DNA of 64,000 nucleotides from a virus. Positions 25,136 through 33,591 of the stretch are shown in pieces. Position numbers and translations under genes: made by a program. The DNA lies in IMG/VR virus record IMGVR_UViG_3300045988_060255. One strand, given 5' to 3'. Positions within the stretch are counted from its first letter, which is position 1; each line of letters opens with the position of its first letter. The notes beneath the pieces are model-generated. The model worked only from the letters and a program-made list of their open reading frames with translations, ran no database searches and was not told the DNA's origin.

Positions 25136-27280
25136 TCATACCTCCAATTCTGTTAATGCTACTGCATATTCACTGTTGACATAGGCTTCTGCGCTCTGTG
25201 TGTCAATATCCTGAGTACGTGCGTCCATATCATAGATGTAATCCCTCGTATCGCCAATCTGCTGTTTTACATAGTTCCAACCGTTTGCCATGCTTATTGG
25301 ATAATTGAATACTGTATATCCGTCAAGCTGTTCTGAATTGACGCTGATGTTTGTGGTTGGATAATAGGTTGCAAGTGATTTGAGAGCTTTGATTTCTTTG
25401 TCAGTAAGGTCGATTTCTTCGGGAGCTTCATTTGTCACTAAAATTTTCAAATCATTATTTTCAAGCCAAGCGTCTAATGAATCCTGATCATGTACTTCTG
25501 TTGTTGGCAAAAAAATCCATAAAGTTCCATTATATATATACCAATGGGACTCGTCTAAAGTAAGCCCATCTTTATTTATGGAATGGCTGCACATCGATCT
25601 ATTGGTAATATTTCTACCAGGAAGTATGCCATATACCGCAATACGTGAGTACGTTCCAATCGTGATAGTAAACGTTGCATTTTTTATAACAAGTTCTTTA
25701 CACATCCTAACCAACTTCCCACGTTCCACATCCACATAATCCGCAATATACTGCTGACCATCAATTGTGACGTTACCTCCTGAGTTTACAGGGATTGCAT
25801 TGAGGGTGTATGGGAGGGTGACGGTCTGTTCGTGGTAGGGTTCATAAGGTGTAGCTTCTGAACCCATTTCCAACTGGACATCATATACTTTATCTCCTGC
25901 AACGCTTCTATATAAAATAAAACCTATTTTTTCTACATCTCTTTCGGGAACAAAATTAATAAAATTATTGTTTATAAATCTAATGTTCTTGATTTCACCA
26001 TTCGTATATCTTAAACATACATATCTATTACCTGAAGTACTAACTGTGGTTTTTAATGAAAATGTATAAGTATTATTCGCTTTTAAAAGCAACGGTCTAC
26101 TGCCATAAGAACTAGGTGTTACGTCTACTTGCATAGTATCTGTTGTTGCTATATATGTTCCATTTTTTTGTTCAACGTTTCCTGATGATAATGTTTTAAA
26201 ATTATCCCATAAATTCTTCCCACACACCTTCACCGTTGGATTCACCACGCTCTTAATCTCCTGCGGATAGTCAGGGTTCGGGCTTGGGATGCCGCCGGTG
26301 TAGGGTTCGAAAGTATCGTAGGTGGCATCTGGGTATAAGGAAGCGTCCACAATCATTGGTTTAAGAATCGTTTTGGGAACAGTCTGGCCAACATTTATAT
26401 GTATATCAACAACTGATGAATCGTATCCCGTAGGAACAGTAACATTACCTCCATTATAAGTTTCATTAGAAAATCTATTTTCAGTTTTATTATAGAAAAC
26501 AAAGCATATTCTACCGACCGAACCACTTATGGTAGAACCAGATTCAACGATAAACTTGACATTTTTCCCAATTAATGAATTATACAATGCTTTTTGTTCA
26601 TCTACGGTTCGTACTAACGAAAAAATAAGTTCGCCAGAACTGTTATTTGTACCCTCGATTGTACACGTTCCATCTCCGTTATTTGTTAATGTGACACCAC
26701 TGTATGTGTAAGTTTTGAATGCAGCATTCAGCAAATTCTTTCCCGAATACTGTTTCTGCTCAGACTTCCCATACACCATCATATCCATGATTTTGCCATT
26801 GTCAGAATCGGCAAGATGGGTTTCACCTTGCGAACTGGCGTAGAATTTGGTAATTTTGGTGGATAAATCTTCCTTTAGCGAAGCAGTTTCCGTTTTCAGT
26901 GAAGCAATATCCGTCTTGTTCTGCTCAATCTGCTGTGCCTGTTCTGTCGTGGCTCCGGGCTTGACTGGATTCTTTTCAAAATATTCCGTAACTAATCTTT
27001 GTATTACCGCCTCTGCTTCTTCTTTTGTGAAATACAATGACATATCAATCGGAGCGCCCATAGTGTCCCATACTACACCGTTCCATGCCACATTCATTCC
27101 TGCTTCGCCGTAAATGGATTTAGACTCGATATTGTACATATCGCCAATGTCTGGATTTAATGGAAGCAAATCAGCAGTCGCAACTGTACCTCTGTATCTT
27201 ACAGGGCTGTTCAGTTTTGCTTCCATATCGGAAATCTGGCGTTTTAATATTGCATATACTTTTTTTGCTGTTAATGCCAT
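25136..27280 (-). CDS. second tail-fibre-like protein (714 aa)
   Basis: AAAGGAGAA RBS, ATG 27280. The N-terminus and a coiled-coil (TDIASLKTETASLKEDL) resemble PBSX XkdV-type fibres. Confidence 0.65.
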   Translation of the reverse strand: MALTAKKVYAILKRQISDMEAKLNSPVRYRGTVATADLLPLNPDIGDMYNIESKSIYGEAGMNVAWNGVVWDTMGAPIDMSLYFTKEEAEAVIQRLVTEYFEKNPVKPGATTEQAQQIEQNKTDIASLKTETASLKEDLSTKITKFYASSQGETHLADSDNGKIMDMMVYGKSEQKQYSGKNLLNAAFKTYTYSGVTLTNNGDGTCTIEGTNNSSGELIFSLVRTVDEQKALYNSLIGKNVKFIVESGSTISGSVGRICFVFYNKTENRFSNETYNGGNVTVPTGYDSSVVDIHINVGQTVPKTILKPMIVDASLYPDATYDTFEPYTGGIPSPNPDYPQEIKSVVNPTVKVCGKNLWDNFKTLSSGNVEQKNGTYIATTDTMQVDVTPSSYGSRPLLLKANNTYTFSLKTTVSTSGNRYVCLRYTNGEIKNIRFINNNFINFVPERDVEKIGFILYRSVAGDKVYDVQLEMGSEATPYEPYHEQTVTLPYTLNAIPVNSGGNVTIDGQQYIADYVDVERGKLVRMCKELVIKNATFTITIGTYSRIAVYGILPGRNITNRSMCSHSINKDGLTLDESHWYIYNGTLWIFLPTTEVHDQDSLDAWLENNDLKILVTNEAPEEIDLTDKEIKALKSLATYYPTTNISVNSEQLDGYTVFNYPISMANGWNYVKQQIGDTRDYIYDMDARTQDIDTQSAEAYVNSEYAVALTELEV

Positions 27281-27293
27281 ATGCGCTTCTCCT

Positions 27294-27536
27294 TTACAGT
27301 TTGTACCATGTATCGGTAGGTTTGTGATATTCGTATAATTCAGAAGTATCAAGGCACAACGCCGAAGAACCACTCTGTACATAATGTGGGAGTTTTGATA
27401 CGTCTTTTGAAAGTCCCTCGTAATCACGAACCATACCTTTTGCATCTGTACACACCCAACTGCCTAAATCCGGCAATTCGTCCCCAGGATTGTACTTGAT
27501 TCCATCAAAAATAACTGTGTTTTCTGCTTTTGCCAT
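27294..27536 (-). CDS. hypothetical protein (80 aa)
   Basis: Track ORF, tightly packed between neighbours. Confidence 0.6.
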   Translation of the reverse strand: MAKAENTVIFDGIKYNPGDELPDLGSWVCTDAKGMVRDYEGLSKDVSKLPHYVQSGSSALCLDTSELYEYHKPTDTWYKL

Positions 27537-27923
27537 CTATGCAATCATCCTTTCTGCCCCGATAGGAGCCACATATGTGAACTGGTTTCCCAAAATATCT
27601 CTGGCTGTGCCAATAACAAACTGTCCATAGTCTGCCAGAAGATTGCAGCACCATTCTTCTGCATCCACCCAATACCGTTTCTTAACCATGCGGTGAAGTT
27701 CTGGCAATAGACCGTAGCTGAACATCACACAATGCCCTAACTCATGAATGAAAACACGGTTCAGAAGCTCTCCATGTAGGCTATTTGCGATTGAAATTAT
27801 ATGGGTGGAATAATCTGATACCCCGAGTGTTCTGTTGCCTGTACGGTCAATTAAAACGCTGTCGTGCGGAGACACAAACTGTACTCTCCATAGGTCACCG
27901 TTCATGTAAAATTGTCTCAGCAT
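27537..27923 (-). CDS. HExxH zinc-metallopeptidase-like protein (128 aa)
   Basis: Motif VFIHELGHCVMF. Confidence 0.6.
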   Translation of the reverse strand: MLRQFYMNGDLWRVQFVSPHDSVLIDRTGNRTLGVSDYSTHIISIANSLHGELLNRVFIHELGHCVMFSYGLLPELHRMVKKRYWVDAEEWCCNLLADYGQFVIGTARDILGNQFTYVAPIGAERMIA

Positions 27924-28080
27924 GGCTTATCACCAGCGTCGCAGGGCAAGGAAACTCACCACTCTTGAGTGGTGGGAGGAATGCCCGTTTTAGCGACGCA
28001 TTTTCCTTTCTATAAATAAATATTGTTCTTCGCCAAAATGTATGTTATAATGTTTTTGGTGAAGAAAGTAGGTGCTATAT

Positions 28081-29208
28081 ATGGAACAGACAATTACGGC
28101 AAAACTTCAGATTTTAGTCAATCCTTCTGATAAACAGATACTCTGTGATACCATGAAGGCTTATTCTGATGCCTGTAATTATGTATCCGAATTCATATAC
28201 AAGACTCATAATCTTAGCCGTTATAGCGTGCAGGAAGATACTTATCATCAGGTACGGGAAATTTATGGTCTCCGTTCCCAGATGGCTGTTTCTTGTGTAC
28301 GCACAGTTATAGCCAAATACAAAACCATTATTAAAAATCAGAAAGAATGGATAAAACCTACATTTAGACTGCCTCAGCTAGACCTCGTATGGAATAGGGA
28401 TTATTCTCTTAACACCAAAAACAATATTTTCTCTGTAAATACACTAAGCGGTCGCATCAAGGTGTCTTTCTATAAAAATGGTTTTGAACGATATTTTGCC
28501 GATGACTGTAAATTCGGAACGGCTAAACTTGTTAATAAGCACGGTATGTTTTTCTTACATATACCTGTAACATACGAAATTTCTATGCTCAATAAGTCAG
28601 AAGTTTCTAATGTTGTCGGTGTAGACCGTGGGATAAGATTTCTTGCTGCTACATATGACAGCAAAGGAAAATCTGTATTCTACGATGGTAATATAATCAA
28701 GCAAAAACGTGCTCATTATAAGGCTTTGCGTAAACATTTACAGCAAGTCGGTACTCCGTCATCCCGTAGACGAATAAAAGCTATTGGTCAACGAGAAAAC
28801 CGTTGGATGCAAGATGTAAATCATTGTATTTCTAAGGCACTCGTTGAAAGCAATCCTGATGGCACTATGTTTGTTATCGAAGATTTAACAGGAATCCGCT
28901 CTGCTACTGAAAGAGTGAAAGTAAAGAACCGTTGTATATCTGTATCATGGTCTTACTATGATTTAGAGCAAAAATTGTCTTACAAAGCCTTAAGACATCA
29001 TCAGCTTGTAGAAAAGGTTAATCCTGCTTATACAAGCCAAGCATGTCCAAAATGCGGTCATACCGAAAAAGCGAATCGCAATAAGAAAATACACTTTTTC
29101 TGCTGTAAAAATTGCGGTTATAAATCGAATGATGACCGCATAGGAGCTATGAATCTGCATCGTATGGGAATAGAACTTTTAGTACCTGATGCAGTTGCTA
29201 CGGAGTAA
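28081..29208 (+). CDS. tnpB: TnpB RNA-guided nuclease (RuvC + Zn finger)
   Basis: RuvC motifs VGVDRGIRF, FVIEDL, SNDDRIGAMN. Zn finger CPKCGH...CCKNCG. Confidence 0.9.
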   Translation: MEQTITAKLQILVNPSDKQILCDTMKAYSDACNYVSEFIYKTHNLSRYSVQEDTYHQVREIYGLRSQMAVSCVRTVIAKYKTIIKNQKEWIKPTFRLPQLDLVWNRDYSLNTKNNIFSVNTLSGRIKVSFYKNGFERYFADDCKFGTAKLVNKHGMFFLHIPVTYEISMLNKSEVSNVVGVDRGIRFLAATYDSKGKSVFYDGNIIKQKRAHYKALRKHLQQVGTPSSRRRIKAIGQRENRWMQDVNHCISKALVESNPDGTMFVIEDLTGIRSATERVKVKNRCISVSWSYYDLEQKLSYKALRHHQLVEKVNPAYTSQACPKCGHTEKANRNKKIHFFCCKNCGYKSNDDRIGAMNLHRMGIELLVPDAVATE

Positions 29209-29372
29209 ATCTCTATAGCACAGGTACAAGTCAACGTGCCTACAATGTAACGCCACTTTTAGCAGTAATGCTAAACGACTAAATGTGGAAGGAGTAATCC
29301 GTTATACCACAGGGCAGTTACAAGCCCATTCCATTTAAGTGATGGGTAGTTGACCATCCTTTTCTCAACTGA
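29150..29372 (+). ncRNA. putative omega (right-end) RNA scaffold of TnpB
   Basis: By analogy with characterised TnpB systems, the guide RNA overlaps the tnpB 3' end and the right end. Extent not determined. Confidence 0.3.
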
Positions 29373-29403
29373 AAAGCCCCTGCTACATTCCTGTAACAAG
29401 GGC
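29373..29403 (-). terminator. intrinsic terminator ending the low-complexity cassette
   Basis: Minus strand GCCCTTG-N14-CAGGGGC followed by TTTTC. Confidence 0.6.
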
Positions 29404-29419
29404 AAAATTCATTTCATGT

Positions 29420-30052
29420 TCAATTCATCTGCTGTATAAAACGTGTCAAGTCAGTTTTCATCTGCTGTCTGATTGATGCGTCTGCATCGTCCCACATTTC
29501 TTTCATATTGCGGATGATATCTTCTGTATACTCTTTCATGGAATCATCCATTTTTCTCTTGGATTCAGCGTCTTTGGAATCATGGTAATGTCTGCGATTC
29601 TCGCTATATCTGTCGTAGGTTTCACCATATCTGGACTGTTGACGATTCATGCCATCATCTCCCATATTCCTGTCCGAATATTCTGGGTGATATCCCATGC
29701 GGTACATATTGCGTTCAAATTCTGGATTATTCAGATATTCATTCATCCAGTCATCATCTTCCATGTACAGATATGGTTTATATCCCATACGGCTTCCTTT
29801 GCCTTTTGGGGCAAATCTGCCGTTTGCATAACGATATCTGTCATATCCCATGCGTCCAAGATACTTCTCTTCCTGCTCGCATTCGTCCATAGCTTCTACG
29901 ATTCGATAATCTTTGTCTGCACAGATTGCGCATTTTACTGCTTCTAAGCAATCTTTCAGATCATCCCAGTCCTGAGAACTAAGATTGTCAAATCCATGTG
30001 CTTTGGCTTTTTCCATAGCCCATTTTCCCATTTCCATTGCAACTTTATGCAT
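29420..30052 (-). CDS. Tyr/Arg/Asp-rich protein with three RMGY motifs (210 aa)
   Basis: GRMGYDRYRY, SRMGYKPYLY, YRMGYHPEYS. TAATG coupling to the upstream gene. Confidence 0.65.
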   Translation of the reverse strand: MHKVAMEMGKWAMEKAKAHGFDNLSSQDWDDLKDCLEAVKCAICADKDYRIVEAMDECEQEEKYLGRMGYDRYRYANGRFAPKGKGSRMGYKPYLYMEDDDWMNEYLNNPEFERNMYRMGYHPEYSDRNMGDDGMNRQQSRYGETYDRYSENRRHYHDSKDAESKRKMDDSMKEYTEDIIRNMKEMWDDADASIRQQMKTDLTRFIQQMN

Positions 30053-30477
30053 TACATTGCCCCCTTTCTGGCAGCCTGTGTAACAGGTGTGTCTGTCGTT
30101 GGGGCTGTACCATTAATTGCTGTTAAATTGTTACTCGGACTACAAGCTGGATTTCCCAACATCTTGAATACTCCGCCAGTTGCACTTGTAGCTACTCTGG
30201 TTGCGTACTTCGTTCTGGTTCTTATTCCGCAAGCCGTAACCTGTGCACAGCAACGATTCTGTAATGGATACAAGGTTGTTCCCGTGCCTATCTGGATTAC
30301 TACCGGAGCAGAAATTGTGGTTGTTTCCGGTATGCTTTGTGCAACAACAATACAATATTTCTCTCCGTTATTGTAACTGCCTGCCGGAAGTGTGATTACA
30401 AGATTACCTCCTGTAAACGCAACGGCTTGGCTGATTACAAGATGGTTGCAGAGCTTACAAACATTTTTACAACTCAT
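30052..30477 (-). CDS. Cys-rich beta-type protein (141 aa)
   Basis: MSCKNVCKLCNH...NRCCAQVTACG...NPACSP. Confidence 0.65.
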   Translation of the reverse strand: MSCKNVCKLCNHLVISQAVAFTGGNLVITLPAGSYNNGEKYCIVVAQSIPETTTISAPVVIQIGTGTTLYPLQNRCCAQVTACGIRTRTKYATRVATSATGGVFKMLGNPACSPSNNLTAINGTAPTTDTPVTQAARKGAM

Positions 30478-30556
30478 ATTTTATACCTCTCAATCAAAAT
30501 AAGAGGTGAGCCACAACTCACCTCTTAGAATTAGTCAACCTCTAAGGGTGAGTTAC

Positions 30557-31366
30557 TTAGCAGCAACCACTATTGCATCCGCATCCACCGTAATAGGTAT
30601 TCGGATTCGGAACAACGTATGCCGGGATGGCTGCCGGATTAATTGCATTGATTAACTGCTGAGTCTGTGAAGCCATAGCAGTTGTAAGTAATGCAGACTG
30701 ACGATCCTGAGATGCAGCACGTTTCAGGTCAGTATTTTCTGCCTGTAATGTTGCAATCTTATCCTGAGTCAGGAAATCAAGGATTGCTCTTGTATTACTG
30801 TTCTGGTTTTCCAGAAGGTCTCTTGTGTTGTTATTCATTGTGTTCTGGAGAGCACAAGTGTTGGTAGCCATGTTGTAGTTGATACCCTGGATAGCTTCTC
30901 TTGTTTCGCAACAACAATTTGCTAACTGAGACTGTAATGCGTTGGTGTTCTGCATATTGGCTACAGTGTCAGCATTAATTGCCTGCTGAACGCCATTGAA
31001 GCCCTGAAGCATTCCAACGTTCACACCGTTAAAACCGCTCTGCATGGTATTGTTGAGTGCATATGTACTGTCGCAAATACCCTGCTGAATACCTCTGATA
31101 CCGTTCTGAATATCGTTAAGAGCAAAGCCCTCATTAATATCCGCACGTGTGGCCCATCCTTGGAATCCAGCACCATTTGCACCGTTTCCACCATTGCCGC
31201 CGAAGCCACCGCCCCAGCCGCCAAAACCTCCCCATCCAAAGATAGCAAAGATCAGGACGAGCCAGATAAGTGAAAAGCCATCACCGCCCCACATATCATT
31301 GGCGCGATTATTAGAGCCTGTAGCGGCAGCAATGTCACTAAGACTGTAATTTGAACCATTCATCAT
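30557..31366 (-). CDS. membrane-anchored Gly/Trp-rich, Asn/Gln-rich protein ending in GGCGCNSGCC (269 aa)
   Basis: AAGGAGA RBS. TM segment LIWLVLIFAIFGW, then GGFGGWGGGFGGNGGNGANGAGF, a long N/Q-rich helical region, and CCC plus a C-terminal Cys cluster. Confidence 0.7.
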   Translation of the reverse strand: MMNGSNYSLSDIAAATGSNNRANDMWGGDGFSLIWLVLIFAIFGWGGFGGWGGGFGGNGGNGANGAGFQGWATRADINEGFALNDIQNGIRGIQQGICDSTYALNNTMQSGFNGVNVGMLQGFNGVQQAINADTVANMQNTNALQSQLANCCCETREAIQGINYNMATNTCALQNTMNNNTRDLLENQNSNTRAILDFLTQDKIATLQAENTDLKRAASQDRQSALLTTAMASQTQQLINAINPAAIPAYVVPNPNTYYGGCGCNSGCC

Positions 31367-31462
31367 GTTTTTAGTCTCCTTAAATTTTATTTACAATAGG
31401 AGACATCCGCGGCTGTCGTCCCGAATTGTAGCGATTTTTAATCACCCAATTGTGGGGAAGTG

Positions 31463-31708
31463 TTATAATCCAAGGAATTTTTGTATAATTCCATCTGGAG
31501 ATAAATGTTTTTCGTTGAATACATTTTGCTGTATTTGATGTAACTGGTCTGTATCACCTTTTTTGTATAAATCCAACGCATTCTTCAATGTTGGATTATT
31601 TCCTGCAAATTTACTCATATCGCTCATCATGTTGTCAACACTTCCGAACCTCTGAGAAATCATTTTCTCAAATTTCTTTTTCATCATGGCGTTTGGGTTG
31701 AAATTCAT
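31463..31708 (-). CDS. hypothetical protein (81 aa)
   Basis: Track ORF; ATGA-type overlap with the upstream gene. Confidence 0.6.
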   Translation of the reverse strand: MNFNPNAMMKKKFEKMISQRFGSVDNMMSDMSKFAGNNPTLKNALDLYKKGDTDQLHQIQQNVFNEKHLSPDGIIQKFLGL

Positions 31709-32202
31709 CTCTGCCTACCTCCATTCTGCTTAGGTTCCGATGTCCCCGACATCTGTGTCGGAAACATGCTCTTTATTTCAGAAATCTCAGAGCAAACATC
31801 ATTCCGAAGCTGATTAAACATTGCTTCAATATCAATCTGTTTTTCATCTTGCTTAGATTGCTGTTCATCTGGATTTACGAGTCGGTAAACAAAAATTCTG
31901 CTCCTTCCATCGGATTGAAGCTGTTTTCTGTAAATTTCAGTTCCGTCTGTTTTTGGATAGTAAACAGGATTGCCGGACATATCCACATCTTTAGCCTTTA
32001 CAGTATCAATCCCATCCACCATTTGTCCTTGAAGCATAGGGGACTGTGGAACCGGCTGTAACTGTTGCATCTGTATTTGACCATAAGGCATTGCCTGCTG
32101 GTAATTATTCTGCAATTGCGCCAGCCTGTCCTGATACGGCTGTATTTGCCCGTATGGATTGTTTATCATTGGCTGTTGTGGATAATACGGATAACCTGCC
32201 AT
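31705..32202 (-). CDS. Gln/Pro/Tyr-rich protein (165 aa)
   Basis: TAGGAGGAA RBS. MAGYPYYPQQPMINNPYGQIQPYQDRLAQLQNNYQQAMPYGQIQMQQLQP... Confidence 0.65.
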   Translation of the reverse strand: MAGYPYYPQQPMINNPYGQIQPYQDRLAQLQNNYQQAMPYGQIQMQQLQPVPQSPMLQGQMVDGIDTVKAKDVDMSGNPVYYPKTDGTEIYRKQLQSDGRSRIFVYRLVNPDEQQSKQDEKQIDIEAMFNQLRNDVCSEISEIKSMFPTQMSGTSEPKQNGGRQR

Positions 32203-32323
32203 AATCTATTCCTCCTATCCGGGATTCAAGAATCATGTCCATATCATCTATGGAACGATGCTTTTCCCATATACCCTCGTAAGGGTTTCTTAACATAATC
32301 ATTGTGTTTTCTCCTATGATTAT

Positions 32324-32352
32324 ATTATATAGGAAGGAACTCTGTTTTTGAA
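32324..32352 (-). promoter_or_regulatory. promoter TTCAAA-17-TATAAT for the low-complexity cassette
   Basis: Read on the minus strand: -35 at 32352-32347, -10 at 32329-32324. Confidence 0.5.
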
Positions 32353-32357
32353 CGTCA

Positions 32358-32612
32358 CTATTTCGCCACGTTTTCGCCATAATACAAAGAAAAGCCCCGA
32401 CAATACATCGGGGCAACTTTGGAAATTTTCTTCTTTATTCTTTTGTTAATTCGGTCTATGGTTCTCGGACTATACCCCATAAGTTCAGATGCTTCCCATA
32501 GTGTCTTTTCGCCATAGGCCCGTAATCGAAACAGTTTTTCTTCTCTGGAATCAAAGCCTGCTTCTTTTAAATAAAATTTTCTTTCATCTTCTGAAAAGTC
32601 TGTATAATTCAT
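32358..32612 (-). CDS. sigma-70 region-4-like HTH protein (84 aa)
   Basis: GGGAGGA RBS, ATG 32612. ...EEKLFRLRAYGEKTLWEASELMGYSPRTIDRINKRIKKKI. Confidence 0.6.
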   Translation of the reverse strand: MNYTDFSEDERKFYLKEAGFDSREEKLFRLRAYGEKTLWEASELMGYSPRTIDRINKRIKKKISKVAPMYCRGFSLYYGENVAK

Positions 32613-32641
32613 ATTTCCACCGTCCTCCCTTACAAGTGGAA

Positions 32642-32953
32642 TCAAACTGGAAGAATACCGCTTAACATAAAACCGATAACTGCGCTGACAATCGCTGTAA
32701 TAACGCATACAATGATTGTATCGTAACGCTTTCCCGGGACTGCCATGAGAGTCTTTATATTGTTATTCATCTCATCCACAGTTGACTTGATATGGTTCAA
32801 GTCATTCTCACTTAATGCTGTCTTTCTTTCCAGTTCCCCGATACGCTCATAAAACTCTTTACTACGATCAGATTGCTTCTCTTGCATCAGCTGAAAATTC
32901 TTTTCCAGTTCTTCTATGCGGTGTTCATTAAAACATTCATGTTCACATCCCAT
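32642..32953 (-). CDS. XhlA-like coiled-coil protein with C-terminal TM (103 aa)
   Basis: N-terminal heptad region plus C-terminal TIIVCVITAIVSAVIGFMLSGIL. Confidence 0.5.
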   Translation of the reverse strand: MGCEHECFNEHRIEELEKNFQLMQEKQSDRSKEFYERIGELERKTALSENDLNHIKSTVDEMNNNIKTLMAVPGKRYDTIIVCVITAIVSAVIGFMLSGILPV

Positions 32954-33066
32954 CGCCAGTTCCTTTCTTCACTCCCTTAACATTTGCTTTTCCCTACTGA
33001 ATATAAGCAACCCAGCGGCACTCCGGGAGGACAAAAATACCGTGCCACGTGACCCAACCATCTTAG

Positions 33067-33393
33067 TTAAATTAAACTTCCTGCAAATGGAAAAACGCCA
33101 TGATTAATATATATTTCTGTTTCGGATTCCCAGTTTCGACTTACTGAATTTTCAGAGTGCGATTCTTGGAACTCGGCTCCCTGCTTCACAAGGAAATAAA
33201 GAGCCAGATCAAATATGCAATCATAACAGCATTCCATATCGGTATTGATTTTTTCGTCTGTATATCCAGACGGATAGTTGCGTTTCTTTTTGAATGAACG
33301 AATTGCACGCTTCACAGACAAAGAAATCATACCGTCAGTTTCCGCATCATCGGATAGATATTCTTTCAGATCATTCACAAGTTCTTCGTTCAT
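33067..33393 (-). CDS. head-tail connector (gp6-like)
   Basis: Position after the capsid genes. N-terminus ...LKEYLSDDAETDGMISLSVKRAIRSF... Confidence 0.65.
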   Translation of the reverse strand: MNEELVNDLKEYLSDDAETDGMISLSVKRAIRSFKKKRNYPSGYTDEKINTDMECCYDCIFDLALYFLVKQGAEFQESHSENSVSRNWESETEIYINHGVFPFAGSLI

Positions 33394-33403
33394 TCAAGAT
33401 CAC

Positions 33404-33508
33404 CTACCCTTGCTGAGATAAAATTTCAGAGATAATACCAGCCTTATTTGTCGATGTCAGGGCATAGCCATTGTCACTTGCGAGCTGTTTCAGTTGAACC
33501 ACTGTCAT
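33404..33508 (-). CDS. HeH/Rho-N-like small protein (minimum 34 aa from first ATG)
   Basis: MTVVQLKQLASDNGYALTSTNKAGIISEILSQQG. The frame is open a further ~27 codons upstream with no canonical start. Confidence 0.4.
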   Translation of the reverse strand: MTVVQLKQLASDNGYALTSTNKAGIISEILSQQG

Positions 33509-33591
33509 GCTTGACAGCTCGTTTTCTGTATACTTGTGTTTAACACTTGCTACAGATGGTGACTGGCTGTTCTCGTCGAGACTATGCCCGT

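Larger units (their letters stand above)
27925..29372 (+). mobile_element. tnpB-only IS200/IS605-family element (no tnpA)
   Basis: Compound left-end hairpin at 27937-27998, extended -10 TGTTATAAT, tnpB, and ~165 nt of right-end sequence. Opposite orientation to all neighbours. Boundaries are approximate. Confidence 0.65.

Noticed and set aside
25136-27280. Diversity-generating retroelement acting on the fibre genes.
   Set aside because: There is no reverse transcriptase ORF, and I found no template/variable repeat pair in the window.
32105-32302. 65-codon ORF (MIMLRNPYEGIWEKHRSIDDMDMILES...) with an AGGAGAAAA RBS, at the head of the low-complexity cassette.
   Set aside because: It overlaps the strongly initiated Gln/Pro/Tyr-rich gene by ~100 nt in another frame. 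It may be a short leader peptide, but I cannot support it as a gene from sequence alone.
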